DNA of 63,571 nucleotides, counting the filler, from Bipalium vagum (taxonomy: Eukaryota): assembly GCA_037834085.1 (NCBI GenBank). It is 3 parts of 3 records of this genome, joined end to end, with 100 filler letters (N's around TTAATTAATTAA, not from the genome) between each part and the next. Parts side by side here need not be neighbours in the genome. Positions count along the whole stretch, not along the records: positions 15,956 to 46,807 come from JBBMKC010262066.1; positions 46,908 to 63,571 come from JBBMKC010099911.1; 1 more part is not named here. One strand, given 5' to 3'. This document shows positions 41,698-54,540 of the stretch, piece after piece; within the stretch, counting starts at the first letter, position 1, and the number at the start of each line of letters is the position of its first letter. The notes under the pieces are model-generated. The model saw nothing but the letters and a program-made list of their open reading frames with translations. It was not told where the DNA came from and searched no databases. The position numbers were made by a program, and so were the translations under genes.

Positions 41698-42036
41698 TCG
41701 AAAGGATTTATTTGATTTGACATAGTCAAAAGACACCGAACAATTGGCAATAAAATCGTCTGGCGGAATTGCAGCATCATGATAAATGGTAAAGGTAATA
41801 AATTGACCATTACGAACGTCGCCATTGAGCTCTTCGTTCCATTTTGGATTAAAGGTTTTATGTTTTGTAGAGGTTTTACCAAATAAGAATTCATCGATTT
41901 CTATTGTAACATATGGATCCAAAACCTCATACAATTTAGCTGCTGGACCAACAGCATGTCGTCTAGCCCAATCTGTAGCTTTTAATTCGACAGCTTCTAT
42001 TATACGAATAGTCAAAGTTCCATTAAAATATACCAT
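41698..42036 (-). CDS. PRKCE: Novel PKC (epsilon/eta-like) coding exon 1: N-terminal Ca-independent C2 domain
   Basis: MVYFNGTLTIRIIEAVELKATDWARRHAVGP...LDPYVTIEID...KTFNPKWNEE...YHDAAIPPDDFIANC closely follows PKC-epsilon [31 protein letters not shown]...LDPYIAL...FHDAPIGYDDFVANC. Ends ...SFR at a phase-0 donor CGA|GTAGCT. The symbol denotes the epsilon/eta group. Confidence 0.95.
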
Positions 42037-42559
42037 ATGCCCAAAATGTTCAGAATTTGAAACAATAAGTTTAGATTTTTTCTGAATTTTCTAAAAATAT
42101 AAATTATAAATAAAATTTTTGCTATGAAAATATTAATATTACACATTTTTAATTTATAAACTAAAATTCACTTATTTTTACTTATTTACTAGATCAAAAA
42201 AACTCTTAGAATTTGTGATTATAATTTATATATATAAACAAATGTGAAGACCAATAATTGTAAAGATAATCAAGAATTTTAATGTTAAATATCAAAATAA
42301 TAACCAATTGGTCATTTAATATTTATAAATAGTTTAGCTTTCCTTGCACAATTCCCATCAAAAATATTTTAATAAATTAAAATTTAACCTATGTTGATTA
42401 ATCTTGTCAGGTTTCGATTTGAATCAGAACATATAAATATAAATTATAATCATCTCTATAAAAATTAATCAGATATTAAACTCATAAACAACAAATGTCA
42501 CTGAGATATTAAGCATTAACAATCTTAAATATATATTCCATAAAGATAAGTTAAATGGC

Positions 42560-45500
42560 GTAAATATATGGATAGATCGGGGTAAAACAGGGGAAAACAA
42601 TATTCAAATTCCAGGTAACCTCACAAACAGTTTTTCAGAAAAATTTTCAAAATCTCTAAACAATTTTTTTAATTCCATGCAGAATCACTCCAATAACATA
42701 TCAGAACAGATTCTATTAACAAATGTAACAAAACTACAGATACTTACAGAGCACAATGACAGAAATATAATTTTAGTGTACAAATTTCTACTTTAAATAA
42801 AACAGATTTTTCTCCAATTTCAGCAATAGCATGATTAAAATTGGTTGAGACACAAGTTCCCAGTACTTCATATTGGCAAATAGTGCCTGCATCTGTGTAC
42901 TCTGATTCAAACCGAATAGATTTAACAGGTGTAGAGTCCTGTTTCCACTGATTCCACAACTTTCAATTTTACGCTGAAAGAGTTGCCAGTTTCTTATTTT
43001 TCAAATTGTTACATATTGCTACCATTACATTAACTCTCTGGGTTTCTTTTTCAACAATCTATTAACATCTAAAGCCTTGATCACCGAAAATCTTGAATTT
43101 ATTAAAAAATATGTGATAATAAAAATGTTTAAAGACAATTCATGATCTTCTTTCCTTACCTTAACACAATAAAAAATTACTGGATTCTATTTGTCTGCTA
43201 TCTTTTATTAAACCAATATAATGTTTTTTTAATACAGATCATTATTGAAAGGAAGGAACTTTAAAAAATTATCTTTACTTTTCTGATTTACTTTATTCTA
43301 TGGCAAACAATGTTTAAAATATCAAAAATTGGACCAGTTCAGAAAATGAGATATTCATCCAAAAGCAGTCCCATAATAACTATATATATATACTTAATTT
43401 TCAATATTCAATTATTGAACCTAATCAGGAAAATCAAAGTAAGAGTGCCATAGCTCATAAGCAAAAAAATAGATTATATTAAGACCCATATGTTCACATG
43501 AAAAGGTAAAAAATAAGTTCATTTACAAAATACAGGTAGCTGCTAAGCTTCTCGATGACATTAAACTTTCAAACTTTAAACAAGCTGAGAATAAAATTAT
43601 AAAAAATTATATACAAGATGCATCCAAACAAGAAAAAACAACTGTTTCTGGGACAATCATCAATAAAAAACTGTAAGATATTACAATGTTCATAAAGTCT
43701 TCTCATAAAAACTTGTAACTGTCTTCCAAATATTAATCGACAAAACAGTAGCTGACTGCAATCCGTCTATACACAGAATCTACGATTACTATAATAAAAA
43801 GTTGATTTCTCCACCTCCAGTTGACTGGCATCATACAGATCTCAGAAATTTAATAAAACGGTTTTAATCTAATCTCATCTGATGAGATTCATATGATAAA
43901 GAAAAGTGTTAAAAATACCTCACCGAGTTTGAATAGTATATCCTATTCCGATATACTCACCGAGCTGTAAAAATTTCGTGATGGTTTCACCTGAAATTTC
44001 TACCTTCAAAATGTGCACATTTCAGAGTTCCAATAAGACTGGGAAAACAATTTCCGTTAACAATAGAGTCTTTTCCAATTGATAAACTTTCCATTAATCA
44101 GTCATTCAAACGTCTAGATTCAAATTTCTGTGAAAAATTTAATTTATCTTCGTTCTCATTATTTTCCGATGTTATTCATCAGCTGAACGAAATCGCAAAT
44201 AGTATTCTCAACCCCTGGCAAAAATTGCAGGGAAATGTACTCTTTATCCATTGCAGATTACTTTTTTCTTTTCGCCATTGTTATTTGTCGCTTGAAGGTA
44301 TGACGAACAGAAAAGATGTCATGGTATTAAGTATCTGCAGAATAACTAAATAAGCTTTTGACCTTGATCTTCAGTCATCTATTAAATATTTGTATTTTTC
44401 TCGAAAGGCTGGAGGGGTTGGTCTAGTCTCGATTTTAGATGAATACCATATAAAATCATTGGCACAATGCTTTCAATTACTATCCTTTGTTGATGACCTC
44501 GCTGTGAATATTTCCATCTCCTCTCTTTGTAATTAGACCAAAATCTCAACAGGTTTTAGATTGTGCTCAATTGAGGATGCTCTTACATGGCTAAGTAAAC
44601 GCGATAAACATTGTCAACTTAAATGCTGGTGGACAAATATCAGAGCTGCATTACCAAATTGAAAACTATGAATTATATTAACATATCATTAAAAATGAAA
44701 TAGGCATTTGCCTCAAATTAGTGCAATGCCTCTAATCAGAAACGAAACATGAAGATCTAGTCAATCCTGGAGACTCAAAATGATTATTGAAATTACTCCA
44801 TACACTTGTACAAAACTCGTGAAACCACAAATGGAGTGATCAACAAAGTGCTGGAAGATTTACCACGAGTACTTGGTCTTCAAACCTTCACCCATATTTC
44901 AGAGAAAAATATTTATCTCAGACAGATATTTTATCCATCGAGCACGATCATACTATATCCAAAAAATACAAAGAATATAAACGAAAAAAATGGATGTTGT
45001 AGCTGCTCAAAATCAGAAAAATCACTAGCACTGTTCTCGTCAAATGTGTGCCTTCAATAATATTTACTCTCTCTCGTCACAACTCAGTTCAGGATTATTT
45101 AGCTCAACAACTCTTAGCTTATTCAGAATCAAAAGTTTATGTCAATGTTGAGAGACAATACATTTAATCAGCAGTGCACATTGCCGTGCTAATCGAATTC
45201 ACAAAATCAAAAGTTGTTTCTTATTGATTTCAAATGCTCATTTGACACTGAAAAGAACATGTACTGGGAACTTTATGAGAACCTGAGTTACTACGATGAA
45301 CTAATGAAACAAACTCAAAAAATACTTTCATGATGGATCATTGAGCTAGGCTTCTTTATCATTGGTGGTGGCCAAAGTATTATATCACAATTATCAAAAC
45401 TGAGACTGCAGAAGAAAACCATCAATACAATTGCTGTGTTCTGTGCGTCGTCAAATATTGAATGGCAATCCGCGCAATATGCCTTTTATCGAGATAGGTC

Positions 45501-45620
45501 AAAGTTTGGTTGCTTTGGGTGTTAATAAAATAGCTGACAACATAATGATCGACAGGAACAGATCGCCAAAGACATAGAAGAACAATTTTGATGAAGATTT
45601 TTTATGATCTATTGATTGTG
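42560..45620 (+). mobile_element. Decayed R2/NeSL/Utopia-type non-LTR retrotransposon (RT + C-terminal restriction-like endonuclease)
   Basis: Motifs in order: KNTSPSLNSISYSD (cf. TAPGPDGITY), FSPLLF, YLYFSRKAGGVGLVSILDEY, CCSCSKSEKSLA/VLVKC...SRHNSVQDYLA (CxxC...ETxxH...C...RHN), LIDFKCSFD, GFFIIGG. Many stops and frameshifts; RT core internally deleted. 5' boundary uncertain (42560-43500). Confidence 0.8.
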
Positions 45621-46760
45621 ACAATAAATATCTGTAATATTTAACCATATTCTGTGTTCTCGGTTAAATGATTTCCATTTTGTTTTGATTTAAAATATTT
45701 TCAACCATATTTTTTCCTTCTGATTTTATAAGTTATCGATTTACATTATTTTATTACTATTTATTTGAATTTTTATTACTATCAGGAACGGAATTACCAT
45801 CGATTGATTATTCTAATTACTGTTTTTCGTTACAGTTACTATTATTAGTATTTTATAAATTGTAAATTTTTGAGAAGTGATAATAATATGATCAATTGAC
45901 ATATTTGGAGCATGATTTTGAGAAGCGTTGAATAATTTATAATTGGCTGCAGCATAGTTTTTTTGATCAGAAATGACTTTTCTGTGTCTGTTATCGATTC
46001 TTTTTTCAGACATGATAAATCTTAAACTCTTTAGATATCATTTGATTTGACCATAGGATTATCCGGGAAGCTAACGATATAAAAAGAAAACGGTCTTAGT
46101 GGGTCCGTGAAAAGCCAGTTTCCAGATTTTCAGAATTACAAAAAAATTATAAAAGCAACAGTTAAACCAAATGTTAATCGAGCATTGGTTCTATTAAATA
46201 TTTTAATTTCTTAACGGCCAAAACAATCAATTAGTATTTTAACGACGTAATCAAAACTTTCAATTTTTCATGTTAATAAAATTTAAAGATTTTCGTATCA
46301 ATTTAATGGCTGGATTTTTTGAAAAATTTGTATAACCTTTTATTAATATTTGTATTGAATGTTTTTATTAGTTAAACTTTATAGATTCAATTCATTTTCA
46401 TTCCAAAAAAAAAATTTCTGGGATATATATCTATACATTTTTATATTAATTGTGTACGTGTTTTTATGGTAAATTATAATAAAAATGTTTTTCCCTAAAA
46501 CTATTCGCTTGGCTTGCATTTTGGAAATTTTGATTTAAATTAATTTAAGTTTTAAAAATTCTGCAATCCATCATATTTTAGAATTTTCATTAAAAAATGT
46601 TCTGATGCAATGGATTACATAAAAATGTCAATGAAATAAAAATTTTAATGATTAAACATAAACGAATAATTTCTTCGATAAATATTTTATAGATAAAAAA
46701 CCGATATTGAATTTTAAACTATTTTTGGTGCTTTGTATTCAGTTTTGTGATAAATTTCAA

Positions 46761-46807
<47 letters not shown>
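46761..46807. repeat. (AAT)n microsatellite running into gap
   Basis: Pure AAT run at contig edge. Confidence 0.95.
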
Positions 46808-46907
46808 NNNNNNNNNNNNNNNNNNNNNNNNNNNNNNNNNNNNNNNNNNNNTTAATTAATTAANNNNNNNNNNNNNNNNNNNNNNNNNNNNNNNNNNNNN
46901 NNNNNNN
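46808..46907. other. Artificial scaffold linker N44-TTAATTAATTAA-N44
   Basis: Same 100-nt construct as 15856-15955. Confidence 0.95.
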
Positions 46908-47920
46908 TTAAAATGTTTTGTAATAATAAAAAAATGACTTTCAATTTTTCTTAAAAATACGAAGACTTTTTACTCAACCCAATAAAAGAATTTATGTCAA
47001 GCAAATACTGATTAGAAAAAAAAACCCTATTGTATGGACTCACAAGGATATTGTTGTCATGAAAACTTGAAGATCTTATATTAAACATTATTGGAACAAC
47101 AATAATATTCACCAGATCTGACTAGGTTACATAAATTACAAAAACAATGTTGTGATTTGAAATAATTAAATCCTTGCTGCTGTTTTAAGAGCGATAAAAA
47201 AAAATCTAAAAACTCTATTACACCCATCGAATTTGAACTACGACTGTCTACCACATTACTTTTAGCAAACTTTACTAAATTTTTATCTTGGTCAATGCAA
47301 AATTTTACATTTATTGTTTTGATTGTCTCAAAAAGGTCTCGTTTTAATAACTCAGTCTATCACTATATTGTTGCATTCTAATGCCTACAAACTTCTGAGT
47401 AATCTTTTAACTCATTACATTAGTTTTTGTATCTGTATCCAATTAAATATCCAATTCATATTCTTATAGTCTTTTAATCACGGCATAGATATTTAACCAA
47501 GTCGTTACGTTTTAATCATGTTTAGTTTGATACTAATTTTCGTTTGTTGACTGTAATTGCCATCATTAAAAAAGGTATTGTCAAAACTAGACATGTCAGA
47601 CTCGACTTTAAATTAAAAACGCTTTTCCGGAACTAAGATCAATTTGATGAGAAATAGGTCCACAACAGATGGTAAATTAGGGTATTCATTGTATATTTCC
47701 TCCTTTTGCTTTTGAACTTCGAAAAGGAAAAAAAAGATATAAAGGTTTTCTATAAAGTGATTTAAATTTTTGTACAAATTTAACATTTAAATTTGTTAAA
47801 CAGAAATAGTAATCAGTAACATGATCTTTAGGCTCACACCAAATCATGGGTAGTGCAAATGAGAGGCCCCTACAAGAATCATTTGACCATTTTCTTAACA
47901 GACTAGTACTGTCAATGCAA

Positions 47921-48510
47921 TATACAGGGTGTTTATTATGTATGTTAATATACTTTCATTTTAAATATTTTAACAAACAATAAAGATATAAAGTAGATAA
48001 TACTTTTTTATTTGAATAACATATATTTAAAAACAAATACAATACGTAATTATATAATTTGACGCCCGTTGATAGCTAGGCAATCGAGACAGCAAATTTA
48101 GACATGATCGCTGGCACATTCCAGTATCTACTTCATTACGAACATGACTGATTTTATCCTTGAGCTCAGCGATTGTAAGAGGTCTATCTCTGTTTACATT
48201 TTGTTTTAGATATCCACACAAGAAAAGGTCTGGCGGAGTTCGATCGGGCGAACAAGGAGGCCACTCAATTGGACCTTATCTTCCAATCCAGTGATTTGGG
48301 AACTTTTTGTCTAGTCAGTTCCTGACTTTTTGCCAATAGTGCACAGGTGCCCCATCGTGTTGTAAGTACTTACGACCTCTTGTTATTCTAGGCTATAAAA
48401 CCCTTTCCAGCATCTCCAGGTATGACTCACCAGTTACCGTATTTTCGAAGAAGTATAGCCCAATGATACCTTGGGAACTTAAACCACATCACACCATCAA
48501 AGGTTTTATC
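47921..48510 (-). mobile_element. Tc1/mariner-superfamily transposase 3' half (WPPRSPDL type)
   Basis: TVTGESYLEML...QHDGAPVHY...FPNHWIGR*GPIEWPPCSPDRTPPDLFLCGYLKQNV. Terminus TA|CAGGGTG at 47923. Confidence 0.85.
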
Positions 48511-48699
48511 ATTTTTCAAATCTCATTTCTGAGTTCTTTCACTGTTGAAAAATGTAATCATACCCTAGGGTAGCATTGGGTATGCATAATAAATAAACAT
48601 TTCTTTTCTTCTTCTGATAACAGTCATTTAACTTTTTCATTTCAAACTTTCTAATTTTTAAAACTTTTCAAGCCACATTTTTTTCTTATTTCATTGTCT

Positions 48700-49330
48700 A
48701 CTTCCATTTTTTTAAGACTAATTATTATCGACCTTTAGTACATGGGTCTCAATAGCGGACATACTAACGAGTCCCGGTCTTTTATGTGTATAGAAACATT
48801 CTTATAGTTGATTCTTATTACTTCTATTTATGATTTCAAAACAGTATTTTCAGTAATCATATTAAATGATCCTCATTTCTGATATTTATATTCTGAATAA
48901 TTCCTTGCCTCATGATCTATTTTTTTTACTAAACAAACCAAGTTGAAGTGTCCACATCTTTTATATGTTCAACATTCTATTAATCTTTTTATTGGAACTT
49001 ACTTAATAATGTGATCAGATCTATTTACAAACAAAAAATCTATTCTAGACTTTGCTTGTTCCGCAATTTGTAGAATGTTATATCCTGGTAGAGTTTTTAA
49101 TCTGTTCAACACTTTCCAATTTACCTAATTTATTTCTTATTAATCTAAATATGTCTTTTTAGTTAATTATGGATTATGTTAAGCTCGTACATGTATAACA
49201 TATTCTTGATGAGTCTAAATTATATTGATCACTTATGATCTTATTACACAGCACTATTCTTGTTCAGATCAATTTTCAGGGGTTATGAAAAATCTCTCAT
49301 CATTCGTACTTATCTGTTCTCTCTAAATTC
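48700..49330 (-). mobile_element. LINE ORF1-like remnant
   Basis: IEC*TYKRCGHFNLVC degenerate CCHC knuckle at ~48930-48980. Confidence 0.35.
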
Positions 49331-51984
49331 CCAATAATCGATAAAATTTAATTTTATAAATAAAATAATTTTCCATAACGGTGCAAAATATTAATAAAAT
49401 AATTTCTTATAAATTTATCAGTTTTAAGGTCTATGTACATTGACAATATTTAAATCATTAATTTACTATATAAGTAATAATAATAATATTATTATTTTTA
49501 TTTATCTGAAATTTCCTATTTTTTTAGGAATAATTTTTTTTTACTTTTAATCGCATAATGACGTAATGAGGGGTCCAGTTTAAACACAGTGGTACCAAAC
49601 ACAGTCTATCCAATGTTAAATAATCACTATAGTATATAATATATTGATTCGAATTTAATCCTGACATTAATCCATAAAAGTCATAAACACATTGCTATTT
49701 GACATGGTACAATATGCAAAATGAGCTAAATTTTCATTTGCAGTAGTCCCTTACCCGGACCAGCTGCTTCATCTCCTAGTGTAAGGTCAGAGAAATCCAT
49801 TTCCGAGAGGTACTAATTTCGAGTCTCAATCTCCTGTCTTCGAAAGCTGGCTATCCCTGTTATAAGTGTACATAGATGGTTAGTTAATCATATTGTGCGA
49901 CAACCGCTTCTGTCGCAATACGTGTGTGTTCGTCGACATAGCGAACATCTCGCGTACGTGTCTGTGTGTATATGTAGCAAAACAGCAGTGTTATTGAAAC
50001 CAATGTACGGTATTTAAATTTGCCTAAGTAGTGTCGTCAAGTATAGATTCAAAATTAAAATAATCATAATACTGATATAATCACATGAATTTGTATTAGG
50101 ATCCATCAACAGTAAAAGTTGACTTCAGTAGTTATAATTATCACAAAATATGGGCATTTTCGGGAAAACAGATGATTCTACACAATCTGGATCATTATGG
50201 AGCCGTTTAATGAAGGTTGGAATGTTTATGATTTTTTGTAAAACAAAAATTATTTTATTTTATTTTATTATTTACAGTTACGATTTTATTTTATATAATT
50301 TTATACATTTTCTTCTGGTTTTAAATTATTATATTTCTTGGTAATTAATGAACTATTTTTTATTTGTTTTAAGTTTCCCGGATTTTGAAAATATAAAAAT
50401 TATTAAATAACCGATATAAATATAAATATAAAGTTTCACTTTACCAAGTATTATCTTTTCGCTAAAGAAAGAGACAATACAAGGGGTACACCCTTTATTG
50501 AAATGGTTAAAATATTTTTCATTTAATTTCCACATAATAGGAGAGTTTCGACCCATGAATATATATAAATATAAATATATAATATAATTTTAAAATTCAA
50601 TTCGAATCGTTAATTATTTAAGGATGGGAACTGAATTTTCCAATTTCTTCCTTGTCTTTATTTAAGAAAAATGTCAATCTTCCTTTAATGTTTTTATACG
50701 AAAATATTTTATTAATCTTCAAAAAATAGCAAATATTTATATTAATAATAATAATAATAATAATAATTTAAAATATTTAAAAATAATATGAATTAATTCG
50801 TCATATAAACATGTACAGATTTCATTATATTTTACCTTTCACTTAAGTACTATTTTGAGAAATGAAGAAAATGTCACAAGTTTCTTTTTTTCTATTAAAT
50901 TTTATTTTTTCTATTAAATATTTTTCCTATTTATTATTTTCTATTTTTTCTGGAAAATCGTGGATGATATTTTTTGAACCTAAACCAATTAAATTACAAA
51001 TATATTATTAATAATAATTTTGAAAAACATTTTCAAAAAATATAAATAAATATAAATAAAATATTACATTCTTTGCTTTGAGTGTGCGTAACAGAAAAAA
51101 CTACATTTACATTATTGAAATATTTTTCTAAATTTTTTCTTATTTTATCAATAATAAAAATAAATATAATTTTTTGATAATAATTAAAATATACAAATTA
51201 GTAATTTTTTATAAATATAAATATCTCAAAGTGAACTGTGAGAGTTGAGAGAATATCATGGTATAATTGAACCGGTAATTATTATAATTAATATTTAATT
51301 ATGTTAATTATGATTTATTAGGTTTTGTTTAAATTGAATTAGTAATATCAAGAAATTAACTTTATATTAAATATTATTATTTTAAATATTACTTATAAAT
51401 TATTATTTTAAATTATTATTTATTTTACTTTAAAAAACAATATTAAATTATTTTAATATTAATAAAATAAAATTATATAAAATAAATATTTAGCAAAAAG
51501 ATAATTTAAGAATTAATCTGATAATATTTAAAGCAATGAAAGAAGATGGAAAATAAACGCTATTAGAATTATGGTTAAACACGAATGATAAATTGAGGTT
51601 AGATAAGTGTTCCTAAATATCAGGTAATAAATCTTCTCCAGAAAGTGGAATGTTGGATTTGTCACAAGTCAGGTTACAAGGATAATAAATATATTAGTAC
51701 CAACAAAGCAGATATTTCATGTGATGTGGAAAGACATTAAATGCAATGTCCAACAGCTACACTTATCCAAGATAATAATAATAATAATTATTATTATTAT
51801 TATTTCAATTATTATTATTAATGTCTTCCATTCACCTTATTCAACGTGTTACTTTTCTTTGCAAATTCAGTTTATCATTTCGTAAAAGAAAATTTAAGTC
51901 TTGGGAAACAAGAGAAGTAACGTTACTTTTTTATCATTTCGAAAATTTTTTAGTTTTGTCAATTAATCCATAATAATTTGTTAT

Positions 51985-52800
51985 TATGTTGTCCAGAAAG
52001 TTTTACACGTCTTCTGTACTTTCAATTTAGAACAGTATAAGTCAACCGAAAGAAAAGGTTTATTGATTAAAATAAAAATCATTAGCTTTTAAACACTTTC
52101 GCCAACGAATTGGTAGATTTTCCATCTTTAAGCGATAGAATTCGGTAGACCTGAAGGCAATGAACAGTTCAGATTCCCTTTTTCACACCTCTTTGTCCTG
52201 AAATCTTTTTCCATTCAAATAAGTTTGTAAATGCTTGAATAAATGAAAATCAGTTGGCGAGAGGTCGGATAGTACAATGGATGTAGCAGAATTATATAAT
52301 TTATGCTTTTCAGCTTGTCCGTAGTTTTCTTTGCTATGTGCAGACGCGCATTGTCATACAATGGACTTGGGCCTTTTCTATTGATCAATCGTGTGTACAT
52401 TCTTTACAAATATTGTATAATATCAATTTTTATGCAGTATTTCTCTGATATTATCTTTAATCATTTTGAATATCACCATACTGTAACCATTATCTTTTTT
52501 CGTGTTGACTCGGTTTCGGAAAAGACCTAGAACATTCACAGATGTCTAACCCATGTGCTGAACGTTTAATATTGTTATATAATAACCACTTTTAGGCACA
52601 ATTAATCAGACAATGAAGAAATGGCTCGTTTTTTTATCGTCAAAATGAGTTCTGACCACATGTCATAGCGCTTTATTTTGTTTTTTTAATGTTTAATTCA
52701 TGTAGCACCCACGTTGTCCAGCTTCTTTATCTTACCTGCCTTCTTCATGTGACTGGAAAAGGTTTCAATACTGACATCTAGACTGAAACCTTAACTTGTG
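51985..52800 (-). mobile_element. Decayed mariner element
   Basis: LINRKGPSPLYDNARLHIAKKT...LHPLYYP; upstream GWVRH...KKIMVTVW motifs; TIR-like GTTGTCCAGAAAG at ~51988. Confidence 0.8.
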
Positions 52801-53984
52801 AAGGGTATATTTTTAGAGATGATTTTAAAATTGAATACAATGTCAGTGTTGGATGGTTAGTATGTGTTGAAACATAGTCTCATGGATGTCAGAAAGATTT
52901 CAACTTGATTCAGGATGAATAAAACCCATTAAAAACTGCAAATGGTATAATGGAGAAGTTTTCAAGTCTTTTTGACTTTCATTTCTCCATTCCTTGTGAC
53001 TTTGGTTTGTTAAAGAACTTTATTTTATTTTAAGAAAATATTTTGTGGATTTCTTTGCATTTTTATATTAAATTGAAAGGGTTAATGGTGAAAATTAAAT
53101 AATAGATCTTAAGGGATTTAATCTAATGTATAAAAGTCTTTGGTAATATTTGTGGAAATCGATTCGGGGTTTCATAATATTCATTCGATATCAAATATCG
53201 TTGGAATATTGGAATTTCATTATCAACTTAAAATACAGGTGCCCTCTTATATAAAGGTAATAGGATAGTCCAAGATTCCCATGAAGCGGAAATTGTGTTC
53301 ATTAATAACAGAAAAATATTATGTAAAAGGTAATTCCATTCAAAAATCCAATTTATTTTGAAAAATCCATATCATAACTGTTTTCAAGCTTATAACATCC
53401 TTTATAATAAGAAAATTTTGGTATTAGTGTTTTTGAGGTTCTATACAATTAAAATCATTAGAGTCTTTGAGCACTTAGAATAAATAAAGAGAAGGATGAT
53501 ATTAAATATTAAGTACAGAATAAATATAATATAAAAATTCGAAAGAAAACAATTATTTATATCATAAAATTCTTTAAAATATGATATATGACGTTATTCT
53601 TTTACTATATCCACAATCACCTTCTGAATGATCCAAAGTGCAAAGAAAGGTTTTTGTGGTAAGAAATTGCAAAACTTGTGAAAACAGAAATTTAATAAGG
53701 GACAGTTAAATATTTGAATGTTCCACCAATATCCATAAATTAAAATTTAATCAAGCCAATCCAAGCCAGACTTTAATATTAATAGTTTATTAACAATATA
53801 AATAATATCGGTGGTTAAAAATAGTTGGATCATGTTTTTTACCTTTTTAGGCATCATGTTTTTAATTTGACCTTCCAATTAGACCAAGTTTTTATTTTGA
53901 CCTTCCAGTTGCATCACCTACCAATTATGTCATAAATTTTTAATTAAAAATCTGCGAAATATATTTTATTAAATCAATATTACG

Positions 53985-54540
53985 TATGTGAATTAATTCT
54001 GTCCGTTTTATCTTAATACAAAAAACATTTTTTTGATAAAAACAAGTGCGTATACATTAATCAAAGTATTTTCCAGTGTTTGTATTATTTTTTGTTAGGA
54101 ACGATTACGAAAATATGATTCCTTTATTAAAGTGTTTCATTCATTGGATCATTTTACTTTTTCTTCGTAATGGTTGAGATGGGTGCTCAGAAACGCGTGC
54201 AATATCGATCAAAACCAATGAATCACTCGGAGCAATGTCTATTGAATATGACGGTTGAGGAAAAACATAAAAAAATGGTCTTGTCAGTCTTTGCAACATT
54301 TGGTTTCGTTTAATATTGCTGGAAGATAGCTTTTTCATGTCTCTTTGCATGTTCTAGTCGCTCTGCTGTCTTTTTTAAATGAGCACTTCCCGGAAATAAC
54401 ATTTTTGTGGTTCAAATTTCGAATTTTTTCATTGAGTTAAACAAAATGTTATTGTTTCAATTCCAAACATTTATTATCAAAGTACGATTAAAATAGTTAA
54501 TTAACATAAAAATAGACCGAATTACTTTACACCAATAATA
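53985..54540 (-). mobile_element. Internally deleted mariner element
   Basis: PQPSYSIDIAPSD (cf. HPPYSPDLAPSD). Ends resemble each other in inversion (GTGAATTAATTCTGTC / GACCGAATTACTTTAC). Confidence 0.65.

Noticed and set aside
42744-42990. Minus-strand LKVVESVETGLYTC...CLNQ suggesting Ig/EGF
   Set aside because: Frame has multiple stops; more likely antisense of the retroelement 5' region.
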